The translations under genes and the position numbers were made by a program. The notes under the pieces are model-generated. The model was not told the origin of the DNA. It made no database searches and saw nothing but the letters and a program-made list of their open reading frames with translations. This document shows, one piece after another, positions 1 through 13,100 of a stretch of DNA of 64,000 nt. Numbering within the stretch: the first letter of the stretch is position 1; the number at the start of each line of letters is the position of its first letter. The stretch covers positions 248,001-312,000 of the forward strand of contig NW_020846779.1 in assembly GCF_003704095.1 (NCBI RefSeq), in the 5' to 3' direction. This DNA is from Pocillopora damicornis. Its lineage: Eukaryota.

Positions 1-713
1 TTCATTCGTGTCGAGCAAATTTACTCAACCCCGCATATGCTCATGACATAAAGTGAACATTTCAAAATCACTTCTACAGTACTTGGACACTGAACAGTGT
101 GGTTTCGATATTGTCAGACTACAATAGCTATCATTTACATAATTGTGGAAAGATGCCAAAAATAGCTTTCTGTCGCATGCCTAAGGAGTCAATCTCCATA
201 TTCACCAAGACTGATTGTACTACTAATTCACTTCTTACATAGTATTTCATGGTACGGAGATTACATCTTTATTTTGTTTTGTACAAATAAGCTTCAAAAT
301 AATCTTCTCCAAAATGTACGCGCGTGTAACTGATCAAATTGGTAACGATATCCGCGATCTACTTAGACTCTACTTTCCACAATTTGTTCCAGCTCCTTCG
401 ACCCAGAACAGTCACTTCTAACGACCATTTTTGACTTTGGCTAGGAAATGACATGAGTAGCGATTGACATAAATCTTTCGTTAAGATTACCCAATTAAAT
501 AACGCTATAAAAACAAACCGTCATTGTCGTGTTATCTCTGCAAGAAACAGCTGATACCAACAAGCCTTATCGCTTATTTGCATAAACTCGAGCATGCTTT
601 GTCTTTGAATAGTGTCCACAGCTAGTGACAAATAAACGTGACAAAGTTTATTGATCTAACCACACAACTGAAACAAAGACTGCTCCACCGGAATAATCAA
701 ACTGAAGGCACTT

Positions 714-930
714 ACCGCCATGCTGTGGGCAGCAATCTGATCTGATCACTGAATGTAAGTGAGCACCGATCGTGCCTAAATCCCTTCCAGCAAAAAGGAC
801 AACCAAGAAGCACAGGTAACCCAAGTTGTAGATATGCAAATGCTAAATTGCGCAATATGACACCTCTTACTTCCGCTCACTTATTACTGACCTTCAAGCG
901 CGTCAAAACGTCATAAATAGCGTCAGATAA
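714..930 (-). promoter_or_regulatory. Candidate promoter and first exon (ends ATG GCG|GTAAGT) of a gene extending leftward out of the window
   Basis: Minus strand reads CCCACAGC ATG GCG|GTAAGT (ATG 721-719, GT 715-714). Upstream are an ETS core CGGAAGT (875-869) and three CGTCA half-sites (901-925). A possible phase-0 acceptor (catttcctag) lies at 442-441. Confidence 0.4.
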
Positions 931-1271
931 CTTATGCTCGAAAATTCGAGCATCGTGCTTTTGAGTGTCACCCCTTGAACCATGACATTATGCCGAAAAT
1001 TATGCTCAAAATTTTTCATAATGCTTAAATCAATTATTCATGATAATAGCCGTTAAGATGCCTCAAACTACACCCCCCTATTCCTACTACTATCAGGTAA
1101 AACTTGCTAACAGTAACTGGAAATATTTATTAAAGAACAAGCGAGAAAAACAAGGTCACTCTTGACATTAATCAGGCTACAGAATTTATCTCTTGTTAGA
1201 CGGCAACATCGAGGGAAATTCTAGGAAGTTAATCATTATGTCAGCATTACGTTCGATGCTCTGACTGTAGC

Positions 1272-1787
1272 ATTCGAAGTTTCAACATCCCCCCCTGAGC
1301 AACCCCTGGGTATTTGAACTTTTGAAGATTGGCTTGTCCAAATTCCTGACCCTACCCCCCATCAGGTTAAAAATTGTATTTAGATGCACCGCTCAGATTT
1401 TTCATAAAACGAAAATCTGGTGGCCGTGACTTTCTGCACATTGACAAAGCCTTGCTGACCTTTTCCCTTTATCGCAGTCATTCGCTTGTGAAAGTGAATT
1501 GTTTACCTTTAAACACCCCCGTGTTAAAAAGATATAACGCTTGTCTTGTATTCCGCTGGGAAGATTTGACACCTATGGTCCAAATTCTCCATCCCAGGTA
1601 GGCAAGATCTAAATCCGTCCTCCCCCCCAGGCATGGACGACGATCAAATACCTGTGGGTTACCAGTAAGGGGGGGGGGGGGGGNNNNNNNNNNNNNNNNN
1701 NNNNNNNNNNNNNNNNNNNNNNNNNNNNNNNNNNNNNNNNNNGGGGGGGGGGGGGGGGGAATTGAAGCTTCGAAATGATCGGCGCAT
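1272..1787. mobile_element. MITE-like element with terminal inverted repeats (second copy ~5132-5558)
   Basis: Left end ttcgaagtttcaacatcccccc...ctgggtatttga; right end tcaaat(a/g)cc..ggg...gggatgttgaagcttcgaaatgatcggc. No coding capacity. Confidence 0.65.
1684..1742. other. Assembly gap (59 N) inside a poly-G run
   Basis: Run of N flanked by G homopolymers. Confidence 1.
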
Positions 1788-2540
1788 CATGCCCAAAATT
1801 ATGTTGGTCTGAAAGGAACTAGTCGATCGTGGAAATGTTGCGCAATTATCCAAGTCTTTGACATGATATCACAGTACTTTAAACGATGAAAAAAATTCCT
1901 TGCAGGATATGTTCCCAACGGCGAAAGGAACTAATACAAAATTTCCCTGGTCCAAAATAATCGGATTAACTCGCTTCCATATGGTTCAAATCAATGTAAA
2001 ACCCTTGAAATACTTCTCTATAACAACTGTATAGGCATGTGACGCCTAACGGAGTGCTAGTATCTACAAATATGATTTTCGAGAGAGAAAGAAGAGCATA
2101 AGAACATTTCTGTCTTTTCAACTCCAAATGTATAATAGAGAAAGAGATGTAACCGTAAATTTGCCAAAATTGTAGCCGTCAGCCGTAAAAGCCATCACTC
2201 ATCCATTTAAACGCTCTTTTGACGAAAACAGTTATTGACTGCTTAGAAACATTATATTTTTTTATATCTTATTGGACGTTTGGTGTGTACTAACGCTGAG
2301 GGCTTTTACGAGCTGTCCCGTATTTTGACAAGCCTAGAGATTTTATCTGCATTCTTTATTAAGATGTAAAAGCGAACCAGATAAAGAGGCGTAGCAGGCG
2401 CACCCTACTGGTTAAACAAGCTTTTTTTTTAACAGTGTAAAATAAGCAATTATTTGAAAATTGCGTATTAACTGTATAGAGGGAACAATTAATTATATGT
2501 CGATTGGCTGATATGTAGGGCATTTTTCATTGATTTTGGT

Positions 2541-2794
2541 AATTGCCCCGTGTAATAACCAAATTTAGTAACATTAAATGAAACCGTGAGCAAAACGGAA
2601 GAAAACAAGCGAAACCAACGAAACGACCAGAACGAAACGATCGAAACGAAACAAACCTACCGACCAAACAAAACGACCGAAACGACCAAAAATAATATAC
2701 AAAACAGTCAATAATAATAAAATGAATGCCCAGGGGTGTCATATTTGTCTCGTTTCGATAGTGGTCTTCTTCTGATCTACCTCACGGGGCAATT
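2541..2794. mobile_element. MITE-like element, 12-bp TIR AATTGCCCCGTG, with internal GAAAC-like pentamer array (copies ~4193-4444 and 6865-7119)
   Basis: aattgccccgtg at 2541-2552 and cacggggcaatt at 2783-2794. Interior contains aaacgaaaccaacgaaacgaccagaacgaaacgatcgaaacg-type repeats. Confidence 0.6.
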
Positions 2795-5700
2795 CAATTA
2801 TCGTATCTCTCGACAGCCATCGGCTTGGCGCAAGGCGTCGAACAAACCTTAATTAAAAAAACTGATATTAAAATAAAATAATAAAAAAAATCACGGGCAT
2901 AAATGTTTCCATTGAATTATACTTACCGCCATACTGTGGGCAGCAATCTGATCTGATCACTGACTATAAGTGAGCACCGATCGTGCCTAAATCTCTGCCG
3001 GCAAAAAGGATAACCTGGAAGCACAGGTAACCCAAGTTGTATACACGCAAATGCTGCAAAGCTGCGCATTATGACGCCTCTAACTTCCGCTCACTAATTA
3101 ATGACCATTAAGCGCGTCAAAACGTCATAAGTAGCGTCAGATAACTTATGCTCGCAAATTCGAACATCATGCTTTTGAGTGTAAAAGAAGAGCAGAAGAA
3201 CATTTCTGTCTTTTCAACTCCAAATGTATAATAGAGAAAAAGATTAAACCATAAAAAACAGTCAATAATTGTAAAATGAATGCCCAGGGGTGTCATATTT
3301 GTCTCGTTTCAGTAGCGGTCTTCTTCTGATCTACCTCACGGGGCAATTCAATTATCGTATCTCTCGACAGCCATCGACTTGGCGTAAGGCCTCGTGGAAA
3401 CCTTAGTTTAAAAAACTGAAATAAAAATAAAATAATACTAAAAAAATCACGGGCATAGACGTTTCCAATGAATTATACTTACCGCCATACTGTGGGCAGC
3501 AATCTGATCTGATCACTGATTATAAGTGAGCACCGATCGTGCTTAAATATCTGCCGGCAAAAAGGATAACCTAGAAGCACAGGTAACCCAAGTTGTATAC
3601 ATGCAAATGCTGCTAAGTTGCGCATTATGACACCTCTAACTTCCGCTCACTTATTAATGACCATTAAGCGCGTCAAAACGTCATAAGTAGCGTCAGATAA
3701 CTTATGCTCGCAAATTCGAGCATCATGTTTTGAGTGTAAAAGAAGAACATAAGAACATTTCTGTCTTTTCAACTCCAAATGTATAATAGAGAAAGAGATG
3801 TAATCGTAAATTTGCCAAAATTGTAGCCGTCAGCCGTAAAAGCCATCACTCATCCATTTAAACGCTCTGTTGACGAAAACAGTTACTGACTGCTTAGAAA
3901 CACTATATTTTTTATATCTTATTGGACGTTTGGTGTGTAGTAACGCTGAGTGCTTTTATGAGCTGTCCAGTATTTTGACAAACCTAAAGATATTATCCGC
4001 ATTCTTTATTAAGATGTAAAAGCGAACCAGATAAAGAGGCGTAGCAAGCCCACCTTACTGGTTAAACAAGCTTTTTTTTTTTAACAGTGCAAAATAAGCA
4101 ATTATTTGAAAATTGCGAATTAACTGTATAGAGGTAACAATTATTTATATGCCGATTGACTGAGATATAGGGCATTTCTCATTGATTTCGGTAATTGCCC
4201 CGTGCAATAACCAAATTTAGAGACATTAAACGAAACCGTGAGCAAAACGAAACAAAACAAGCGAAACCAACGAAACGACCAGAACGAAACGATCGAAACG
4301 AAACAAAGCTACCGACCAAACAAAACGACCGAAACGACCAACAATAATATATAAAACAGTCAATAATAATAAAGTGAATGCCCAGGGGTGTCATATTTGT
4401 CTCGTTCGATAGTGGTCTTCTCCTGATTTACCTCACAGACAATTCAATTATCGTATCTCTCGACAGCCATCGGTTTGGCGTAAGGCGTCGAGGAAACCTT
4501 AGTTTAAAAAACTGAATTAAAAATAAAATAATAAAAAAATCACGGGCATAGACGTTTCCAATGAATTATACTTACCGCCATACTGTGGGCAGCAATCTGA
4601 TCTGATCACTGATCATAAGTGAGCACTGATCGTGCCTAAATATCTGCCGACAAAAAGGATAACCTAGAAGCACAGGTAACCCAAGTTGTATATATGCAAA
4701 TGCTAAGTTGCGCAATATGACACCTCTAACTTCCGTTCACCTATTACTGACCTTCAAGCGCGTCAAAACGTCATAAATAGCGTCAGATAACTTATGCTCG
4801 CAAATTCGAGCATCATGCTTTTGAGTGTCATCCCTTGAACCATGGCATTATAGCGAAAATTATCCTCAAAATTTTTTACAATGCCAATTCAATTATATAT
4901 GATAATAGCCGTTAAGATGCCCCAACTTACCCCCCCTATTCCTACTACTATCAGGTGAAACTTGCTAAGAATAACTGGAAATAATTATTAAAGAACAAGC
5001 GAGAAAAACAAGGTCACTCTTGACATTTATCAGGCTGCAGAATTTATCTCTTGTTAGACGGCAACATCGAGGGAAATTCTAGGAGGTTTAGTCATTATGT
5101 CAGCATTACGTTCGATGCTCTGACTGTAGCATTCGAAGTTTCAACATCCCCCCCTGAGCAACCCCTGGGTATTTGAACTTTTGAAGATTGGCTTGTCCAA
5201 ATTCCTGACCCTACCCCCCATCAGGTCAAAAATTGTGTTTAGATGCACCGCTCAGATTTTTCATAAAACGAAAATCCAGTGGCCGTAACTTTCTACACAT
5301 TGAAAAAGCCTTACTGACCTTTTCCCTTTTCTTCGCAGTCATTCGCTTGTGAAAGTGAATTGTTTACCTTTAAACATCCCCATGTTAAAAAGATATAACA
5401 CTTGTATTCCGTTGGAAAGATTTGACACTTATGGTTCAAATTCTCCATTCCAGCCAGCCAAGGTCTAAATCCCCCCCCCTCCGGTATGGACGACGATCAA
5501 ATGCCCGTGGGTCACCAGTGGGGGAGGGGATGTTGAAGCTTCGAAATGATCGGCACATCATGTCCAAAATTATGTTGGTTACTTTTTCCGACCATGGTAA
5601 TGAACGGAACTAATCGATCGTGGAAACGTTGCGCAATTATCCAAGTCGTTGACATAATATTACAGTATATTAAACGATGAAAAAAAATTCCTTGCAGGAT

Positions 5701-8501
5701 GTGTTTCCAACGGCGACAGGTACTGATACAAAATTTTACTGGTTCAAAATAATCGAATTATCCCGCTTCCATATGGTTCAAACCGAGATGAAACCCTTGG
5801 AATACTTCTCTATAACAACTGTATAGGCATGTGACGCCTAATGGAGTGCCAGTATCTGCAAATATGATTTTTGAGAGAAAAAGAAGAGCATAAGAACATT
5901 TCTGTCTTTTCAACTCCAAATGTATAATAGAGAAAGAGATGTAACCGTAAATTTGCCAAAATTGTAGCCGTCAGCCGTAAAAGCCATCATTCATCCATTT
6001 AAACGCTCTTTTGACGAAAACAGTTATTGACTGCTTAGAAACACTATTTTTTTTTATATCTCATTGGACGTTTGGTGTGTAGTAACGCTGAGGGCTTTTA
6101 CGAGCTGTCCCGTATTTTGACAAGCCTAAAGATTTTATTCGCATTCTTTATTAAGATGTAAAAGCGAACCAGATAAAGAGGCGTAGCAGGCGCATCCTAC
6201 TGGTTAAACAAGCTTTTTTTTTAAACAGTGCAAAATAAGCAATTACTTGAAAATGGCGTATTAACTGTATAGAGGGAAGAATTACTTATATTCTGACTAC
6301 ACTCAGGCGAGGTATTCAATGTGAAAGTTTATTTAGGATGAGTCAGCCAGTCTTGCAGTCTACACATCCTACTACAATCTGCAATGTACTACAAGTATTC
6401 ACTAAAACTGAAGGGTTATACAAAAATAGGCTGTGCTACGCCAGATACGAAAAACCACTAAAAAACCACTCTTTAGAAGTGGCCAAAAAATATGTGGAAA
6501 CGTATTCCTCATCTAATGCAGCAGCACTATACTCCGAGGAAAGGATAACTAAAATAAACTTAGTTACACTACTAATCACAAAGAAAATTCAATGAAAGCA
6601 GTGATTTTTTACAAAGAGTTGTAAAAAAAATCACATCAAAAAAAAAAAAAAGAAAGTGGTCGAACCTAAGACTGACCGACGTAGAATGGCTTAATTTTCC
6701 CGCGAAAAGCTTAAATAATCCGAAACTACCGTGTTGCCATGCGAACCTCTTCAACGTGCCGTCTGAATTTTAATTTCTAACTAATTCGTTCCCATGTCAC
6801 TCAAACGTCAGAAATTACATATGGCGATTGGCTGATATATAGGGCATTTTTCATTGATTTTGGTAATTGCCCCGTGCTATAACCAAATTTAGAAACATTA
6901 AACGAAACCGTGAGCAAAACGAAACAAAACAAGCGAAACCAACGAAACGACCAGAACAAAACGATCGAAGCGAAAAAAAGCTACCGACCAAAAAAAAACG
7001 ACCGAAACGACCGAAAATAATATACAAAACAGTCAATAACTATAAAATGAATGCCCAGGGGTGTCATATTTGTCTCGTTTCGATAGTGGTCTTCTTTTGA
7101 TCTACCCCACGGGGCAATTCAATTATCGTATCTCTCGATAGCCATCGTCTTGGCGTAAGGCGTCGAGGAAACCTTAATTAAAAAACTGAAATAAAAATCA
7201 AATAATAATAAAAAAAATCACGGGCATAGACGTTTCCAATGAATACCGTTATCTGTTTCTTCCTCTCCTCTCCGTATACGCTTTGGCATTTGATGTGGCT
7301 GGCGTTCGGTCCTGGAAATTACATGTAATTGTCAAATTAAGGTTTAAACTGCTAGCGTGGTGGAAAAAAGGTTTCGTGAGACGGCCTTAACATTTAAAAG
7401 CCGTAAATGCGAGAGAACATCTGCAGTGCAATCTACATTTAACTGCGACATTCCAATCTCTCTCGTCTCGATCGTTGTGATAGTTTTGTTTTGGTCGTAA
7501 CAGTTGTTTAGTTTTGGTCGTTTCGCGTGTTTCACTTGTTTCGTTTGTTTCGGGTTTTAGTACGTAGCAAACATGATAACTTTAATTGATGAGGAATGTT
7601 TATCATCAGGGTTGCTTTCATTGCTTTGACGTTGATATACAAAATTAGAATTTCATTCAGCTGATCCGTGCGTTCTACTGTTCATCGACGGTAGTTGGAC
7701 ACTGAAATGGCTTCCTACGAAGCGTGCGTTGTTGATCTTCATCATAAAAAAAATTTTTCCTTTTGTACTATAAACAAGCAATCGCTTGGTTCCTTGTATA
7801 ATTAAGGATTGATATCACTCGTGTTTTCAGAAGTCGTAGAAATTCCCCTTAATTGTGGCTTCGTGACTCGCGCTGAAAGCATGCCTGAAAAGAATCCTTC
7901 ATTTTATTCAGCCCCATGCGATGAACGTGAAACACAAAGTCAATGGGGATTGGCAGGGTATACTGAAGGGTCAAATTAAAGGGGGACAGGGTCAGAGCAT
8001 CCAAGGATGATTGAGCAATCTGGTGATTTTTAATAGCAATAGATTGTTCTTTGCACAAGAGTCACGTGTTTTAATGGAAAGTTAATAAGTCTCCAGACAT
8101 CAGTATAAGACATAATATGTTTCGCTAGTTCGTCGTATTTGTCTTCAGACTTGACCCTACTCCTCCTCTTTTCGTTAATGTAATTATATGGTATGAGACC
8201 TTGCCTTTTTTATCGTGCCTTTACGTTCGCTGGAGCTTAACAAATTCTTTGATTAATTATACTATATCTAATTTTTAGACAATAGATCGGCCATCTTTCG
8301 TGGCAAAAATTTATCCCAACACAGATTTGTCTGGTTTTTATTTGTCACAGTGCTCTTGCAAGCAAAGCTTTACTGTTGACCTGGAAATCGACCAAAATAT
8401 CCACAAAGGTATAATTTCATACTCAGTGTAGATTTCCAACAAGGGGGGAGACATAAATGAGACCTGCATGTTTTGAAGCCAGCTTAGTATAGATAATCAC
8501 T

Positions 8502-8765
8502 TGATTTCGAATGCAATTTGGTGTAAATAAGCGCAAGTAACAAGTGCTTATTTACTCCAAATTGCACGAGAAATCATATTGTTACTTGTTAATGATCTAC
8601 ATGAAAAAAGCATGACAAAAAGTCGAGACATACGAAATTTTGACAGCGCGCGCGCTATTTGTAATTTGCACTCGTATTACAACTTTGCAATCGTGTTTCA
8701 TGAAAAATGCACTGTTTCCAGCCAATCAGATGCGCATAATTTGTTCTCGTATATTATCAAATAAG
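8502..8765. repeat. Interspersed repeat with a 33-bp-arm hairpin and (CG)n core; related copy at ~58335-58450
   Basis: Arms tgatttcgaatgcaatttggtgtaaataagcgc and gtgcttatttactccaaattgcacgagaaatca (8502-8576). The core agcgcgcgcgctatttgtaa..tgcact is shared with ~58420-58447. Confidence 0.7.
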
Positions 8766-8873
8766 TAGAAAAATATAAGATGGTTTTGATCCACCTAAAC
8801 TTTGTATAATGTTGCATCTTGATGAAATATTTATTGATCATGCATCACCAAGAGAGGTTCAGACGTTACAAAG

Positions 8874-9121
8874 AGCTACAACCAGTTACAAAAGTAGTTG
8901 AGACAAGTTACCATGTGTCATAATGTGATCTTCTCACTCCCCTCTTTGCAATGTTGGTAGCTGAGCAGTGTCATGTAAAAAACTTCAATGAAAAACATTG
9001 AATATGGGAAGAAGGGTAGCTCTTGGTTTTTTCACTAAATTTCTCTCTTGGCCATCTGATGAGGTTGGTATGCTCACTTTTTGTTCAAGATGACTCAACA
9101 TTTTTGTAACTGATTGTAGCT
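8874..9121. mobile_element. MITE, ~248 bp, with ~28-bp imperfect TIR
   Basis: agctacaaccagttacaaaagtagttgag ... ctcaacatttttgtaactgattgtagct. Confidence 0.75.
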
Positions 9122-10109
9122 TGAAAGTCTTGGAATAACTCCGCCCAATTTCATACTGTTTCAATGATACCTGGTCACTTCGCCGACGCCCTTGGTCAAT
9201 TAGCTGACACCGCAGGTCAACTTTCCGACGTCAATTTCCCTACACTAGTTTTGTTACTCGATTTGCTACACTTAAAGCGTTGTTTATGCCCCCTTTGAAA
9301 ACGAAATTAAAATCTGGGCCTTTCAAAATAAAACTAAAATAGTTCTGAATGAAAAAGTTCCGACATTTACTAACTCATACGTACTTCCTACTCAGCTGTC
9401 GAACGTATCAAAACAATTCATAACGTGAAGCAGAGTGTGAAGGGGAATTTCTGGTTAAACATAACCACATAATGCTATACGCGAATGTTTCGTATATTTT
9501 GCAGTCTTATTCGTTTTTCATTTTGTCATCTTTTTATTGAGCTCTCAAGTTGCCTCAGAAATATTACAAATTTAATTTCATAGATATTCAGTCAAAATGT
9601 ATTTTACATCTTATAAACAATAATGTTATTGATATAATGTTTTTTCTTACATCTATAGACAAAACACGAGTACTCCAACAATCTTACGCTGGAATAGATC
9701 GTATCCACATATTTTCATATATTTGGTTTTTATTGACACTCTAACTTTACAAAGGCCGGCCGGCTTTGCATACAAAATATCACGTGGTGCGTATAGCCCA
9801 TGGCATTCCTTTTTCGATCCTGGATTTTCGTCAATAACAATAGCAGCGGCGGTTCAAGGTCAATTTTTCTTTTCTTCGATTATTCCTTGCTGGTCATGTA
9901 TAAGAATAGGCTCAAATTATATTGGCCAGAAGGAGTCATAAAATATGCGAAGGAATCATTCGAAAAGCTACGTGATATTCCATATCACTGCATTGCCAAA
10001 TCATTCTGCAAAGTATGATTTTTGTCATGATACAATATTTAACTTTTCATTGCAAAACTTACAGCTGCTTCGTTATCATTGTTTTTTTGTTTGTTTGAAG
10101 CTCATAAGC

Positions 10110-13100
10110 CTAGTATACACATGTAGTGTCCAGGTCCCACTCTGCTTGATAACAACTGGCTGAGGGGTTGACAAAGTGCTGTTGAGGAAAGGGTGGCTTG
10201 GGATATGATTCTTTTGGCATAGGAAGAAGCTGCTGAGGTGCGTGCGGGCTCACAGGCTTTGGCTCCCGACACTCTGGCTTGATGTAAGGTTTCTGTGAAT
10301 CAGGAAATGCCATGCTGAAGAGGGCCTCAGGACTGCACACAAATTTGTAGACATAACGTTCGCCAGCTACTTTCTGCATAATTCCTTTCTCGTAGTAATA
10401 ACGAAGAGAACGGCTCAGTTTGTCGTAGTTCATGGCAGGACGGTTTTTCTGAATTCCCCATCGACGAGCTACTTCTTCAGGGTCAATGAGTTTGAACTCC
10501 ATGCCACGCCCCGTCCAAGCGATAAACGAGGAACATTCAGGCTCGTCCAAAAGAGCCACAAGGAACTGCCACAGTTGCAATGAACCCCGTCTTTGGAAGG
10601 CCCTGGGTTCTGGATATGTGACACCGTTCGGAACTTTAAACTCAGGACCTATGTTTTGCAAAAGAACGGCACGTTTTAATAACTTACACATCCATTTTAG
10701 ACTTTACGGTGACCTTACTGGTGATTTAAAGAATGACATCCAAAGGGAGATATTCATACAATCAGTCGTATTTTTCTTGGCAAGTTAAACATAAACATTA
10801 CTTTTGGAAAATTCATTGTTGCATGTAAAAGTATAGAAATTTAATAGATCATTCATGAATCATTCATACACAGTTAGCTGCTAATGTCAAAGTGATTCTG
10901 TTTTAGATATTACTCGGAAAAACAGTCTGGACCAGAAAATAAGAAAAAAAAACACAATTGCATTCGCAATGAGGCCAGATGTGCAGGAAATCTTTAGGAC
11001 TATTGACAACTTTCGAACCAAACCAATACACCATTTTATGAATCAAAAAAGCAGCGAGGGCTATCTTGGTGGGTGAAAAGCAAATTTTGTCTGAAGTCGC
11101 AATAATTGAATTACATGTTTTTCAGGAAGGCAAGATGTCCACTTCATAAACAGGGAAAATTTGATTGTGAATATTTTTAGTTACTTAGGTTCGAAACAGC
11201 AATGAATAAATCTTTAAAGCACATTTAATTGTATACTGCCTTTTTCACCTTTCGAAGTTATAAGTAACCTTTCAAAACTAAAAGAATACGCTGTTCCGTT
11301 TGTTTTTCCACGAGAAGAAATGCCGAGTGTATCAAATACCTAAAAGCCGTTTCTAGGAGCGCTCTGCAACAATTTTTAAACGTGGTTTAAATTTCGTCTC
11401 CTTTCATGCTTCGTTTTTTCATTTTCCCTAATTTTCACCGTGTGTTTAAGGCCATGCCTATTGAAAAGTTTTTTTTTGATTCCTAACCGAAGAATAGAAG
11501 AATTATTTTCCCATTTTGCTGAGTGTATTCAAATTAGACTGCTCTCGTAAAATGCTACTCTTTACAGCTGTTACGCATACTAAATAGTTCAAAATAACCG
11601 AGCAGAGAAAAGCCATGTGTGGGGAGCGTATTAGCCAGAGCTTATCATTGAAAGAATACGATGAAACTTGATTAATTGCAAGAAAACACCATTAGCTGCA
11701 CTTTGACAAAGCGCCCAGAGATATGAAATGGCTCTTCTAACTTTCCATTGATATTCAAAACACTTTTAGTCGATTAAGAAACTTCAGCGCAGCAGATGAC
11801 GCATTTGTAAGTCCGAAGGTTGCTCTGTTTGCATAATGTAGTTTGGCCGTGATCTTTGCGATAGAGACATCCCATGGGTTTTTACGAGCAATAGTTTTCA
11901 TTTGAAATTGCTGTCTTCGCGTGTGGCTTAATTTGATGTTCGGTGGGTGATCTCTGCAAAAACGTTTGCATTTCACGTTTTAATTAAGTTACAAAACGAA
12001 AATAACAAATAAAAGATCGAAATTAATCTTGCGACGTGCAAAGTTCCCTTAACAGAATAGAAATCAAACGATTTTGACATTTGTCAAAGATTCTGAAAAG
12101 TTTGGCGTCATCATGTTTGGTTTTCCTAAAAGTAATTTATCTTGTAATTATTCAAAAAAGGAGAGCAAAGAAGCAATACTTTCTGGAAAAAAGGTAAAAA
12201 ATGATTAGACCGACATTGTGTTTCCCACTGGTTTTTGAACAAAACCGTATTCACGCGGACTTAGTTGGTTCTGTGCTCATTGTCTATTTTAGCTGTTTCA
12301 AGTGGCGCTAACATCCGGGTCTTTCAAACACTCCTCGCACACCCATTTTGAATCGAGGCATAGATCTCGTTGGAAAAGTTGCGTTTTTGCCTAATATTTA
12401 TGTCTTAATCAGCAAGAAAACTTCCTGAAATTAATTGATGATATAGAATCGAAAAGGAGGTGAATTTTCCACCAATTTAAGCAATTACACGTTAGCGGAT
12501 GGTTTCGTTTTCTTAAGGCAAGATACGAATAAAAAAATTGCTTGGCAAGAATAATGGTTAAGTAAAGATTACACTGTAGCTTTTATCCGGAAAACGGTTT
12601 ACTTCGTGTAATGACTAGGTAATGGCAAAGTGTTTGATAAATATCTCAACGGTGTTCATGTGTCGCATTGAATATTTCTTGGGTGCCTTGCTGCTTTACG
12701 AATGTAATCAAAATAAGTCTGGTAATTAGTGCAATACAGAGATAGCGCGCACGCTTTTAGCGCAAAATTCATCTCATCAGTTATCGAGCTAGAATTTGCG
12801 ATTTTGGAGCACTTTGTATCCGTTCGTTAAAAAATATGTCCAGAAAGAAAATCAACATTTCTATAAATCCTCAGAAAACGAGAAAGTTCTATAGAGCTAG
12901 ATATGATATCCAATAGGTTTAATTTTGACCAAATAAAGCAGGTGCAATGAAAAATTTAATGCTTTTTTCCATGGTCTTCTTTCACATCGGTTTATTATCG
13001 AGAAATAGAAAATCTTGTAAAGGAAACCCCCTCTGTGATACGCGTAATACCTTGATCGTTTGCAAACTAGAGCGGTGTTGTATAAATCATATTAATTTAC

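Larger units (their letters stand above)
710..7244. repeat. Tandem segmental duplication, 4 diverged copies of a ~2.2-2.7 kb unit
   Basis: Each unit starts 'acttaccgcca(t)..tgtgggcagcaatctgatctgatcact' at ~710, ~2921, ~3477 and ~4570 and ends '...gggcat(a)..gtttcca(a/t)tgaat'. Copies span ~710-2917, ~2918-3474 (two internal deletions), ~3475-4567 (one deletion) and ~4568-7244 (extra ~520 bp segment). Confidence 0.95.

Noticed and set aside
648-839. 63-aa ORF with a hydrophobic N-terminus as a secreted peptide
   Set aside because: It starts at TTG directly after an in-frame stop region and runs through a strong splice donor. It is better explained as a UTR/first exon or as non-coding.
2580-2700. 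GAAAC-rich repeats resembling CRISPR repeat ends, and the repeated 'MTPLGIHF..' ORFs
   Set aside because: Contiguous degenerate pentamers with no unique spacers and no cas genes, in eukaryotic DNA. The ORFs are low-complexity by-products of a MITE.
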